From positions 59,723 through 123,722 of the forward strand of contig JAGOOP010000001.1 in NCBI GenBank assembly GCA_017992455.1: a DNA stretch of 64,000 nucleotides, in the 5' to 3' direction. Each line of letters starts with the position of its first letter. Position 1 is the stretch's first letter. The stretch comes from Candidatus Omnitrophota bacterium (GTDB lineage: Bacteria > Omnitrophota > Gorgyraeia > Gygaellales > Profunditerraquicolaceae). The translations under genes and the position numbers were made by a program. Of the stretch, positions 44,869-53,560 are shown piece after piece. Under the pieces are notes generated by a model. It ran no database searches and was not told where the DNA came from. It worked only from the letters and a program-made list of their open reading frames with translations.

Positions 44869-45873
44869 TTAGATGCGCATCGTCGCCAGTTCGTCGTCCG
44901 TTAAAGGTTTTGCAACGCGGCTCGAACGTTCTGAAGAACCGGCCTGGTGCCAGCTGATCGCAAGGGACGCGGCTGTTCCCCGGTCGCAATACCGGGCCAT
45001 GACCCTGCAGCACAGCATGATATCATCGTCGGAAAAAATCTTTCTGCCCAGCGCGGTCGGGCCGGGGATATCCGAGGGCGGCTCGAATATGATATCTCCG
45101 GAACGCGCCAGGCGTTCGATCCCCTCATTATCACTCTCATCCCTGCCGACGATCAAACGCCCCGCGCCGCCGATGCGATAATGCCTTCCCAGCTTTAATA
45201 AAGCGACATTATCCGCTTCGAGCGGCTCCCTTTTCATAAGATCACGGAGCCGGTCCGTAAAGCGGGGATCGGTCAACAGGCATCCGCCTGCCGGCTGCTG
45301 GAACTCAATGATCCCCAGCATCACCGCAAGGTCTGTCTGCGGCTTACGGCTCCTGCCGCTGAACGCGTAGAGGCGGTCCCGCCTGACCCAGCCCTGTTTC
45401 TCCGCTATCGTCTCATCGAGAAGCTGCGCGGACAGCGGCCGCAGGACAAGCCCCTCTACCCGGGCTTCCGCATCGATTTGCTGCAGCGTCCTGCGCTGCT
45501 GCGATAAAGGCCGCTGGCCCACCACTTCTCCGCTTATCAAAAACGATGCCCCGCATTCATGCATGGCCTCGCGCGCCGTGCGAAGCATGAGGATCCGGCA
45601 ATCGATGCAGGGGTTCAGGTGAGCGCCATAACCGAATTTCGGATTGCCGAGCATACCCAGGAATGCTCCGGTGATATCGATCCGGCGCAGCGCGATCCCC
45701 GTACGAGCCGCAAAACGGTCCATTAGATTCTGTCCGTCGCGGCCCGCAGACCTGTCGCGCAGCGAGAACGGCATTGCGCAATACAGGCCGGCGACGTCAA
45801 TACCCATATCCTTGATTATCCTGGCAGCCAGTATGCTGTCCAATCCGCCTGATATCAAGGCGAGTGCTTTCAT
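44869..45873 (-). CDS. PP-loop ATP pyrophosphatase, ThiI-like AANH domain without THUMP
   Basis: 334 aa. ALISGGLDS PP-loop, NPCIDC and GEVVGQRPLSQ motifs. About 130-aa C-terminal extension of unknown function. Confidence 0.7.
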   Translation of the reverse strand: MKALALISGGLDSILAARIIKDMGIDVAGLYCAMPFSLRDRSAGRDGQNLMDRFAARTGIALRRIDITGAFLGMLGNPKFGYGAHLNPCIDCRILMLRTAREAMHECGASFLISGEVVGQRPLSQQRRTLQQIDAEARVEGLVLRPLSAQLLDETIAEKQGWVRRDRLYAFSGRSRKPQTDLAVMLGIIEFQQPAGGCLLTDPRFTDRLRDLMKREPLEADNVALLKLGRHYRIGGAGRLIVGRDESDNEGIERLARSGDIIFEPPSDIPGPTALGRKIFSDDDIMLCCRVMARYCDRGTAASLAISWHQAGSSERSSRVAKPLTDDELATMRI

Positions 45874-45982
45874 AAGGACACCGGGTTGTCACTGCACGTT
45901 ATGATGATACGGCTTCAGGACGACGCGCGTCGAACAGGCGGGCTGCTGCCGCCGTTGCAGGCGGCGCAGGACATCGATATTC

Positions 45983-46063
45983 TTATCCTAATGCCGGTTT
46001 TCTGCCGTGGTTCGCTTTCTTGGAACGCCAATTCAGTTTCCCTCTGCGCTTACGCTTTCCCAT
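45983..46063 (-). CDS. 26-aa highly basic peptide resembling ribosomal protein Thx (bTHX)
   Basis: Not in the ORF track. ATG at 46063, TAA at 45985-45983. Reads MGKRKRRGKLNWRSKKANHGRKPALG. Weak GGGA RBS. Lies 17 nt after the upstream stop. Confidence 0.4.
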   Translation of the reverse strand: MGKRKRRGKLNWRSKKANHGRKPALG

Positions 46064-46080
46064 GACACAGGTCCCTTTCT

Positions 46081-46851
46081 TTAATATTTATAATAGTCAG
46101 CCGGTATCGTCTGCGATACATACCGGACCGCTTCGATGATACAGATCCGGATGGCTTTTTCCATCGGCGTATTGGCATACATCGTCAGGCCGCCGCCGAG
46201 CGCCCATCCTCCGAAAAAACCCGCCATCAGGCCGCCCGAGACATCCGATGCCTGCCCCTGCACGCGCGTCGCGGCAAGGACCTCGGATGTGGATGTATCG
46301 ATGATCCTGAGATCCAGCGCCATATGCGCTTTATTGAGCGACCCGCCGAGCAATGCGCCGAGCACGCCGCTTCCCACCCCGCCGCCGCCGCCGATGCCTC
46401 CTGCGCCGCCGGATGCCTGCGGTTCAAATTCGGTCACCGCTGCGGTCACGATGATATCCGCGGTCCTGATCTGGCCCCGCTGGGCTCCCCCCGGCTGCGC
46501 CGCGCCTGACGCGGCCAGTTCCTGCTCCTGCATGACATGGTCAAGGACCTGCCGCTCGACGACACGGAAGCGGTTCGAATTAACGAGCGCCGTCACGAGC
46601 ATCTCACGGAGACCCGAACCGACCTCGCCGTACGCCTTGGCGGCTTTCACGTCGAAATCCGCAACCGCGATCCGCGCCCGAGGCCCCGAATACGGCGGCA
46701 TGGGCTGGGCGCCGGCGTTATTATCCACCTGCGCGGTCGGCTGCGTCATCTGCTCAAGCGTCGCGCATCCGCCGAGCAATGCGGCCGCAACACACGCACA
46801 CCCGAACAAAAAATACCGTTTCATACACACCGCCTTTTTAAAAACCGTCAT
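46081..46851 (-). CDS. CsgG-family lipoprotein
   Basis: 256 aa (alternative start at 46824: MKRYFLFGCACVAAALLGGC lipobox). PRARIAVADFDVKA...LVNSNRFRVVER and a Gly-rich loop. Confidence 0.75.
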   Translation of the reverse strand: MTVFKKAVCMKRYFLFGCACVAAALLGGCATLEQMTQPTAQVDNNAGAQPMPPYSGPRARIAVADFDVKAAKAYGEVGSGLREMLVTALVNSNRFRVVERQVLDHVMQEQELAASGAAQPGGAQRGQIRTADIIVTAAVTEFEPQASGGAGGIGGGGGVGSGVLGALLGGSLNKAHMALDLRIIDTSTSEVLAATRVQGQASDVSGGLMAGFFGGWALGGGLTMYANTPMEKAIRICIIEAVRYVSQTIPADYYKY

Positions 46852-47447
46852 TGGGCACCCGCCCGGATCGCGGCATTGAGCTTTTCAATGATCGTGCCGG
46901 AGATCCGGCTTCCGGCGCTGACCAATGCCTCCCTGCCGCCGCTGATCACGTCCATATGGGCTGCGTTTCCCGACGCATCCAGATATGCGATCACTTTGCC
47001 GGTCTTGACCCTGATGACCTTCGCGGTAAGATTCGCAAAACAAGACCGCATGTTCGAATGAGGAACCCTGCCTCCTGCGGACGCGACGGCTTTGCCCAGT
47101 ATCACGTAATCAGCATGCGCCAGCGACGCCATTTTAACCGAGCTCTTATCCGAAAGATTGACCATCCGGAAGGCCTTTTCCCTGTCGATGACCTCATCCA
47201 GAGCGCCCGGCTCGATGATCTCAAAGCCCGCGTTCAACAGATTCCGGGCGATCTCGGCCTCGGTTGCCGAAAGGTCGACTTCGCTTGCCCACCATGCCGA
47301 CCGAGGCGTATCGATGTTCTGCTCTGATATGAACAATATTATCTTAGCCGGAGCCGCCGATACCGGCGTTCCAACAGGAACGGATTGCGCATATGCACAC
47401 GTCAAAGACAATGATATTAAAGAAGTTATCAATAAAAGATTTCTCAT
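46848..47447 (-). CDS. secreted protein, function unknown (possibly CsgG/LpoB-like fold)
   Basis: Start trimmed to MRNLLLITSLISLSLTCAYA (GGAGG RBS). ATGA overlap with the CsgG-like gene. Confidence 0.6.
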   Translation of the reverse strand: MRNLLLITSLISLSLTCAYAQSVPVGTPVSAAPAKIILFISEQNIDTPRSAWWASEVDLSATEAEIARNLLNAGFEIIEPGALDEVIDREKAFRMVNLSDKSSVKMASLAHADYVILGKAVASAGGRVPHSNMRSCFANLTAKVIRVKTGKVIAYLDASGNAAHMDVISGGREALVSAGSRISGTIIEKLNAAIRAGAQ

Positions 47448-47490
47448 ACACACCTCCGTTTTAATTATTATAAATCCGATTTCCCGACTG

Positions 47491-48132
47491 TCAAGCGAAT
47501 AAGAACGCCAGTTCCCTGACCCCGGGGATGATGGCAAACGGGCGCTCTTTCTTAAGTTCGGCAATACTGTTCGAACCGGTTGGGACCATGATCGTCCTGA
47601 CCTTGGCCCGCCTGCCTGTCTGCGCATCGACCGTCATGTCCCCGACAAACAACGTATGCTCCGGGGTTACGCCCAGCCGGGCCATGATCGTTCGCAGGAT
47701 CTGCGGATGCGGCTTCATATGCAAAATTTTATCACCGCACAGCACCATGTCGAAATATTCCCGTATTCCCAGATGCTTCAGCAGAATCAGCGAGAAGCGC
47801 GTGGGCCGGTTGGTGGCAACGGCAAGCAAAAGCCCTTTTTTCTTGAACCCTGCGAGCAGGGCTCGCGCTCCGGGGAACAGACGGCTGCATGAAACAAGGG
47901 CTTTCGCATGGTGCCGGCGGTAAACCGACAGGGCGCGGTCAAGTTTTTGCCGCGGAACGAACGGCTTGAGAAGATTCCTGTCCCCCCATCCGACCGCCCG
48001 CCGTATGGTGTTTTCGTCCCGGGCAGGGCAGCCGGCGCGGGCCATCGTGTAATTAAAACTGCTTATGATCGCCGGATACGCGTCTATGAGCGTCCCGTCC
48101 AGGTCGAAGATTATGAGTTCTATGCCGCGCAC
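47491..48132 (-). CDS. HAD-superfamily phosphatase (phosphoglycolate phosphatase-like)
   Basis: The track ORF runs through an upstream terminator. A GTG start at 48132 (GAGGGAAG RBS) gives VRGIELIIFDLDGTLID. A VGDMTVD motif is also present. Confidence 0.8.
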   Translation of the reverse strand: MRGIELIIFDLDGTLIDAYPAIISSFNYTMARAGCPARDENTIRRAVGWGDRNLLKPFVPRQKLDRALSVYRRHHAKALVSCSRLFPGARALLAGFKKKGLLLAVATNRPTRFSLILLKHLGIREYFDMVLCGDKILHMKPHPQILRTIMARLGVTPEHTLFVGDMTVDAQTGRRAKVRTIMVPTGSNSIAELKKERPFAIIPGVRELAFLFA

Positions 48133-48151
48133 GCTCTTCCCTCGGTAAATG

Positions 48152-48180
48152 AAAGGGCAGGAACATGATTCCTGCCCTTT
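48152..48180 (-). terminator. intrinsic terminator
   Basis: 12-bp stem AAAGGGCAGGAA/TTCCTGCCCTTT with a 5-nt loop. A U-rich tail follows on the minus strand. Confidence 0.75.
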
Positions 48181-48202
48181 GACGTCTTTCCTTCGAAAAC
48201 GG

Positions 48203-48697
48203 TTACTGTTTTTCTTCCTGCGGAACAACAGCCGGCGCAGCCGGGACGGGACCGGATGCCTCATAACGGGGATCGGCCCCTACCCGTTCACGCGCGGGTT
48301 CTTCGGCATCCTCGAGTTCCGCATCCATATCCTCAAGCTTCTCCAGGCTGATCGCCACTGCCAGATTGACACCGTCCGGAGATACCAGATAATCCACGCT
48401 TATCGTATCCTGCGTCTTGATATCTTCAAGGCCTTTTGCGTTCTCATACCTGGTTTTCTCGTCAACGCTCAGAACCAGTTCTTTCTCTATATCCGTATCG
48501 TAATCGAGATATTTCACCTGGATCGTTTTCGACTGCGCGTTCACGGAAACGACCTCTCCCCACAGCCATTGGGGCTCAAGATCCATCGCTGCGGTTTCCG
48601 CAGACGCCGGCGTTCCCTGTGACCACAGTCCCGCCGCGCCTGATACCGCGACGGCGAGCATTATCATACATAGAGCAAGCCGCTTCCTTACCGCCAT
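48203..48697 (-). CDS. secreted hypothetical protein with an acidic C-terminal tail
   Basis: 164 aa. Signal peptide (LALCMIMLAVAVSGAAG). No recognisable domain. Confidence 0.55.
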   Translation of the reverse strand: MAVRKRLALCMIMLAVAVSGAAGLWSQGTPASAETAAMDLEPQWLWGEVVSVNAQSKTIQVKYLDYDTDIEKELVLSVDEKTRYENAKGLEDIKTQDTISVDYLVSPDGVNLAVAISLEKLEDMDAELEDAEEPARERVGADPRYEASGPVPAAPAVVPQEEKQ

Positions 48698-48706
48698 ACG
48701 CCCCTC

Positions 48707-49267
48707 CTAAAAGTAATTGCCGGACCGGATGACTCTATACGCCGCAGCAGCGCCAGCTGCTTTGAGCAGATCTCCGGGGATGAACGGCATAACACCTATC
48801 TGTATCGACCTTCCTATGCTGCAACCGGTCAATATTTTCAGCCACAGCGCGCCCGAGAACAGTATAACGGCATCGGCGGCCAAAAAAAGGGCCAGCAGCG
48901 CAATGCCGGACGAGACGGCATGCCGCCGCGCATGCCCGGTCAAAAACGCCGCAAACACAAACCCCGCCATATACCCGCCAGTGGGTCCGGCCAGGTACAA
49001 AAAACCGCTTCCCATGCTGCTGAATACCGGAACGCCAAGAACCCCCAGCGCCAGATATCCGATCTGGGACGCTCCGCCCGTAACGCCTCCCAAACACGCC
49101 CCGGACAAAAGCACGAAAAAAGTCTGCAGTGTCACGGGGACAGGGCTCATAGGCACCGGGAACCGGATAAAGCCGGATAAGACCGTCAATGCCAAAAACA
49201 CGGCCGCGCCGGCGAACCTGACTGCCGCGGCATCTGCGCTGATCCCCCTTTTCAATACTGCCTGCAT
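48707..49267 (-). CDS. bioY: biotin transporter BioY
   Basis: Start trimmed to MQAVLKRG (GGAGG RBS). PVPVTLQTFFVLLSG and GPTGGYMAGF motifs. Confidence 0.85.
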   Translation of the reverse strand: MQAVLKRGISADAAAVRFAGAAVFLALTVLSGFIRFPVPMSPVPVTLQTFFVLLSGACLGGVTGGASQIGYLALGVLGVPVFSSMGSGFLYLAGPTGGYMAGFVFAAFLTGHARRHAVSSGIALLALFLAADAVILFSGALWLKILTGCSIGRSIQIGVMPFIPGDLLKAAGAAAAYRVIRSGNYF

Positions 49268-49295
49268 GAAACCCTCCTCACGAAAATGATAAAGA

Positions 49296-49329
49296 CAGGG
49301 GTCAATAGGCATATGCCTACTGACCCCTG
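49296..49329 (-). terminator. intrinsic terminator
   Basis: CAGGGGTCA...TGACCCCTG stem with an inner TAGGCA/TGCCTA palindrome. A U-rich tail follows on the minus strand. Confidence 0.65.
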
Positions 49330-49350
49330 GCGTTATGCGTACCGCGCAAC

Positions 49351-49560
49351 CTATTCCTTTGCTATCGCCAACGTGATGACGCCGGCAAGAATAAAGAACA
49401 ATCCAACCGTGCCTTTGATCACATACCAAAGATAGACCCAGCCCCGGTAAACAAAATACGCGCCCAGGCCCAGGAATACCAGCCCTAAGATGACCTTGAA
49501 GATCGTCGAGAAAACCTTTTTCATGTCAGTCTTCTGTTCCTGTTTCGCCTCGTCAGCCAT
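49351..49560 (-). CDS. small two-TM membrane protein
   Basis: 69 aa with two hydrophobic segments. GGAGG RBS. Confidence 0.55.
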   Translation of the reverse strand: MADEAKQEQKTDMKKVFSTIFKVILGLVFLGLGAYFVYRGWVYLWYVIKGTVGLFFILAGVITLAIAKE

Positions 49561-49594
49561 GTGTCCACCTCCTTTTTATTCGTTATGAAAACTT

Positions 49595-50518
49595 TTACCG
49601 CTTTGCCCGCGGCCGCGCCTTCCACCGGCGATGTATCCAGCTCCACTCTGCCGGATACTGACGCACATACGATTCGATGACCGACGTCAGGCGCTGCACA
49701 TTGATCCGGATGCTTTCTTCCTCGGTACCGCCCTGCGTCAACGGCATTTCGGGCTCGAAGACGATCGTATGGCGGTCGTCTTCCTGCCTGATGATAAAAC
49801 AGGGCACGATCGCCGCGCCGGTACGCTGCGCCAGGACCACCGGCCCGGTCGCCGTCGCGGCTTTCCTTCCGAAGAAATCGACAAATACCCCGCCGCTTCC
49901 GAAATTCTGGTCCAGCGGCAGGAATATAACCTCGTTATTCCTGAGGCTGCGGATCGTCGTTACGACGCATTCCTTACGCGGCAGGCTTTTGATCGTGTGG
50001 ATATTGAACCTGTCGCGCTCCGCTGCCAGGAACCGCTCGAACCTCTCATCCTTTAACGGCCGCATGATCGCCCCTGCCGTATAGCCCTCGCAGGCAAGCC
50101 GCACGACCATCATCGGAAAATTGCCGAAATGAGCGCTGACCAGAATGACGCCTTTGCCTTTTGCGCATGCCCGGTCAAGATGCCTTTTATCGACCAGGAC
50201 ATACCTGCTTTTGATAAACGCAGGGGTTTTGCCCGCGATCGACACCACCTCGACCGCAGACTTCACGATCGATATAAAACATTTCAGGACGATCTTTTGC
50301 ATATGCGCGCGGGTCATCGTGCTGCCATACGCGGACCTGAGATTCTGCAGAGCGACCTTCCTGAACGGCCTGCCGAGCGCGTATGCGGCGACGGCAAGCG
50401 CCTTGGCGAACTCATACAAGACCGGAACGGGCAAATGCCGCAATATCAATGAGCAGACGACAAAAAAACCGAATCCTGCCGTATACGTGATCTTGCGCTG
50501 TATCAGTTTCAGATTCAT
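49595..50518 (-). CDS. lysophospholipid / lipid A (LpxL-HtrB family) acyltransferase
   Basis: 307 aa. N-terminal TM segment, SAHFGNFP motif and the family-typical YPAEWSWIHRRWK tail. Confidence 0.75.
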   Translation of the reverse strand: MNLKLIQRKITYTAGFGFFVVCSLILRHLPVPVLYEFAKALAVAAYALGRPFRKVALQNLRSAYGSTMTRAHMQKIVLKCFISIVKSAVEVVSIAGKTPAFIKSRYVLVDKRHLDRACAKGKGVILVSAHFGNFPMMVVRLACEGYTAGAIMRPLKDERFERFLAAERDRFNIHTIKSLPRKECVVTTIRSLRNNEVIFLPLDQNFGSGGVFVDFFGRKAATATGPVVLAQRTGAAIVPCFIIRQEDDRHTIVFEPEMPLTQGGTEEESIRINVQRLTSVIESYVRQYPAEWSWIHRRWKARPRAKR

Positions 50519-50534
50519 GATACTTTTATGCTTT

Positions 50535-50562
50535 ATTATAGCAAATCCTGGTAAAATTTCAA
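50535..50562 (-). promoter_or_regulatory. sigma70-type promoter
   Basis: Minus strand: TTGAAA (50562-50557), 16 nt, TATAAT (50540-50535), 16 nt before the ATG at 50518. Confidence 0.55.
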
Positions 50563-50580
50563 GCTATTTCCTGCGCAGGG

Positions 50581-51072
50581 TCACCCGCTCAGTTTATATC
50601 CGATCGTGCGCAAAAAACCCTTGCGCCAGGCAATATCCTTATCCTGCTCTATGCCTTGAGGTTTCGCGCCGTCGATAACGCCCATGATCCCGCGGCCCGT
50701 GGCGCTCTCGGCTACGATGACCTCTATCGGATTTGCGGAAGCGCAATATACACAACAGACCTCGGGAACCCCCTTGACCGCATTCAGGACATTGATGGGA
50801 TACGCGTCTTTGAGCATGATGATAAAACAATGGCCTGCGCCGATATTCAAAGCGTTTTCGGCGGCAAGCTTCTTAAGTTCCTCGTCCGTTCCCTCAAACC
50901 TCACCTTGCAGGCGCCGGAAGATTCGACGAATGCCAGGCCGAATTTGATACCCGGAACGGAAGAAACAAGGGTCTCATGCAGGTCCTCCGCCGTTTTGAT
51001 AAAATGGCTCTGGCCGATGATCACATTGACGTCATCGGGTTTTCTGACCTTGACGGACACGAATTCGACCAT
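50581..51072 (-). CDS. adenosine-specific kinase family (PF04008-like) protein
   Basis: 163 aa. IIGQSHFIKTAEDLHE...VPGIKFGLAF...GAGHCFII pattern. AAGGAGG RBS. Confidence 0.65.
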   Translation of the reverse strand: MVEFVSVKVRKPDDVNVIIGQSHFIKTAEDLHETLVSSVPGIKFGLAFVESSGACKVRFEGTDEELKKLAAENALNIGAGHCFIIMLKDAYPINVLNAVKGVPEVCCVYCASANPIEVIVAESATGRGIMGVIDGAKPQGIEQDKDIAWRKGFLRTIGYKLSG

Positions 51073-51145
51073 AACCGCACCTCCTTGGCTGACAGGGATT
51101 GTATTGTAGCATAGAAAACCGCGATGAACAATGGGCAGATACCCG

Positions 51146-51174
51146 TTGTCAAATCACCCTGCTCCGCGTATAAT
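51146..51174 (+). promoter_or_regulatory. sigma70-type promoter giving a leaderless CDF transporter mRNA
   Basis: TTGTCA (51146-51151), 17 nt, TATAAT (51169-51174), 6 nt, ATG at 51181. No SD. Confidence 0.6.
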
Positions 51175-51180
51175 AAGGGC

Positions 51181-52107
51181 ATGACCGCAGATACGGAAAA
51201 GATACAGGCGCATTACGCCGGGATCCGCCGGATACTTCTGGCGATCCTCCTGCTGAACTGGCTCGTCGCCGCCGCCAAGATCATATACGGCATGATGACG
51301 GGTTTCACGAGCATGACCGCGGACGGCTTCCACTCCCTGTCCGACGGCGCAAGCAACGTGCTCAGCCTCATCGGCATCCATTTCGCCAGCCAGCCCGTTG
51401 ACAAAGACCATCCGTACGGACACCGTAAATACGAAACACTGTTCGCCATGGGGATCGCCGGCATGCTTTTCATCCTCGCCTTCAATCTCCTCAAAGAAGG
51501 CATCGTGCATATCTCGAATCCCGGGACCCCCCGGATCGATACGATCAGTTTTCTCGTCATGATCGCGACCCTGGTCGTCAACATATTCGTCATGCGCTAC
51601 GAATACGCCAAAGGGAAGGCCTTAAAAAGCGACATACTCGTTTCGGATTCACTCCACACCAGAGCGGATATCCTGACGTCGTTATCGGTCATCGGAGCGC
51701 TCGCGGGGGCAAAACTCGGGTTTCCTGTGATCGACCCGGTCATTACTATCTTCATCTCTCTGTTCGTCGCCCATTCGGGCTGGGACATCATCAGGGAGAG
51801 TTCCCTTGTCCTGTGCGACAGCGCGGCAAATATCGACGAACGGAGGCTGGCGCACATTACGATGGGTATCCCCGGCGTAAAAAGCTGCCGGCGGATACGA
51901 ACGCGGGGCAGGCAGGACGATATTCACGTGGATATGTGCGTCACCGTTGCCGGCCACATGCATATGGACCGCGCCCACGCGATCAGCGAAGAGATCGAAA
52001 ACGCGATCAAGAAAGATATCCCCGGGATCACCGATGTCGTCGTACATCTCGAGGCAGACGGGCACCGAGAGCACAAAGGACCGCTCCCAGGAACACAGCG
52101 GCAATGA
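51181..52107 (+). CDS. cation diffusion facilitator (CDF) family transporter
   Basis: Start placed at MTADTEK (ATG at 51181). ADGFHSLSD and HxxxD-type TM motifs. C-terminal cytoplasmic domain ending VVVHLE. Confidence 0.85.
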   Translation: MTADTEKIQAHYAGIRRILLAILLLNWLVAAAKIIYGMMTGFTSMTADGFHSLSDGASNVLSLIGIHFASQPVDKDHPYGHRKYETLFAMGIAGMLFILAFNLLKEGIVHISNPGTPRIDTISFLVMIATLVVNIFVMRYEYAKGKALKSDILVSDSLHTRADILTSLSVIGALAGAKLGFPVIDPVITIFISLFVAHSGWDIIRESSLVLCDSAANIDERRLAHITMGIPGVKSCRRIRTRGRQDDIHVDMCVTVAGHMHMDRAHAISEEIENAIKKDIPGITDVVVHLEADGHREHKGPLPGTQRQ

Positions 52108-53560
52108 ACCAATCCCCGAAGCGCGTATATATCGTCGCCGGGCGCGGCGAGATCTTCATCGAGCGCGCCAGATATCCGGGAACGAATATCACCGCGCCCG
52201 CCGCATCCTCCACAAGCCCTTCGATCATGCCGTCGGGCCTGACAAAACCCGACACGCCGGTATTGGCGCTGCGCACCATCCACACTCTGTTCTCGACAGC
52301 CCTGAACACCGCCGCCTGAAAATGCTGATACGGCGCAGCCGTGCGCTGATACCAGGCGTCATTCGTCACGGTGACGAGGAATTCCGCGCCGCGGCGCACC
52401 ATTGCGCGGGACAATCCGGGGAACATATCCTCATAACAGATCAGGCTGGAAAAAGCGACGGCCGTTGTCCCGCCGACGGGAAATCGACCGAACACGCGAT
52501 ACTCTGTTCCCCTCTGTACTTCGCCGATCGGGACGATCGTCTGCAGAAAACCGAATATCTTGCTCAACGGCACGTATTCGCCGAACGGCACCAGATGCAT
52601 CTTGTCATACCGGTCAGGCGCTGCGCCCGGCCGGAACAGCATTGCGCTGTTATAATATCCTCCTTCGCGATATGTCACCGCGCCGGTCAACAGGCTCGTC
52701 TGCAGTGATTCTGCGAGCCGCTGAAGGCCCTGCTCGTACGCAGACCCTTCGGACACTGCCGCCGGCACCGCCGCTTCGGGCCAAACGATCAAATCCGGCG
52801 ATTCATCAGATGCCTGTCCGGACAGATCTTCGTATGTCCGCATGATATATTCCCTGGCATGCGCCTGCCATTTGAGCTCCTGAGGGATATTGCCCTGGAT
52901 AACCGCAACCTTTATGCTCTTCTCCTCCGCACAACTGCGGGAAAACCCGTGTAACCGGGCCGCGCCGTATGTATAAACGCCGATAAAAATGCAGCAGGCG
53001 GCAACGACCGGAAGCTTTTTCGATCCAGCAACGCGCGGCCGGCAGGACCATACCGTATAAAGAACCGCATTGACCATCAAGATCAAAAACGAAACCCCCC
53101 ATGCGCCGGTAACGTCGGATATCTGGATAAGCGCATGCGCTTTTGATTGGGTGTACGCCGCAAGCGCCCAGGGGAAACCGGTCAATGCATGGCTGCGCGC
53201 GTATTCACCAAGGACCCAGAGCGCCGGGACATAAAAAATGCCCGCGGCATTGCGCCTTGGCTTATTCCATGAGACGAGCAGACCGAAAATGCCCCAGTAA
53301 AGCGCAAGATACAGGATGAGGACGATCATGCCGGCAGCCGTAACATGCACAAGCCAATACACGGTGCCCAGCCAGAACACGATCCCGCTGATATATGAAA
53401 GAAAGAAGGCCTGCATCCTGCTTTTATTCTCGATCGCGGCGAATAAAGGCACGAATGCCGCCCAGGCCAGGAACCTCATATTGTACGGGGAGAATGACAG
53501 GATGAACAAAAGCGCCGACGCGCACGAAAGGATAAGGTCTTTCTTTACTGTCCGCAGCAT
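52028..53560 (-). CDS. lnt: apolipoprotein N-acyltransferase
   Basis: 510 aa. N-terminal TM bundle and a nitrilase-like domain with the ICYE catalytic Cys. Confidence 0.9.
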   Translation of the reverse strand: MLRTVKKDLILSCASALLFILSFSPYNMRFLAWAAFVPLFAAIENKSRMQAFFLSYISGIVFWLGTVYWLVHVTAAGMIVLILYLALYWGIFGLLVSWNKPRRNAAGIFYVPALWVLGEYARSHALTGFPWALAAYTQSKAHALIQISDVTGAWGVSFLILMVNAVLYTVWSCRPRVAGSKKLPVVAACCIFIGVYTYGAARLHGFSRSCAEEKSIKVAVIQGNIPQELKWQAHAREYIMRTYEDLSGQASDESPDLIVWPEAAVPAAVSEGSAYEQGLQRLAESLQTSLLTGAVTYREGGYYNSAMLFRPGAAPDRYDKMHLVPFGEYVPLSKIFGFLQTIVPIGEVQRGTEYRVFGRFPVGGTTAVAFSSLICYEDMFPGLSRAMVRRGAEFLVTVTNDAWYQRTAAPYQHFQAAVFRAVENRVWMVRSANTGVSGFVRPDGMIEGLVEDAAGAVIFVPGYLARSMKISPRPATIYTRFGDWFIAAVFLGAVLCALGARLPRDVRRHR

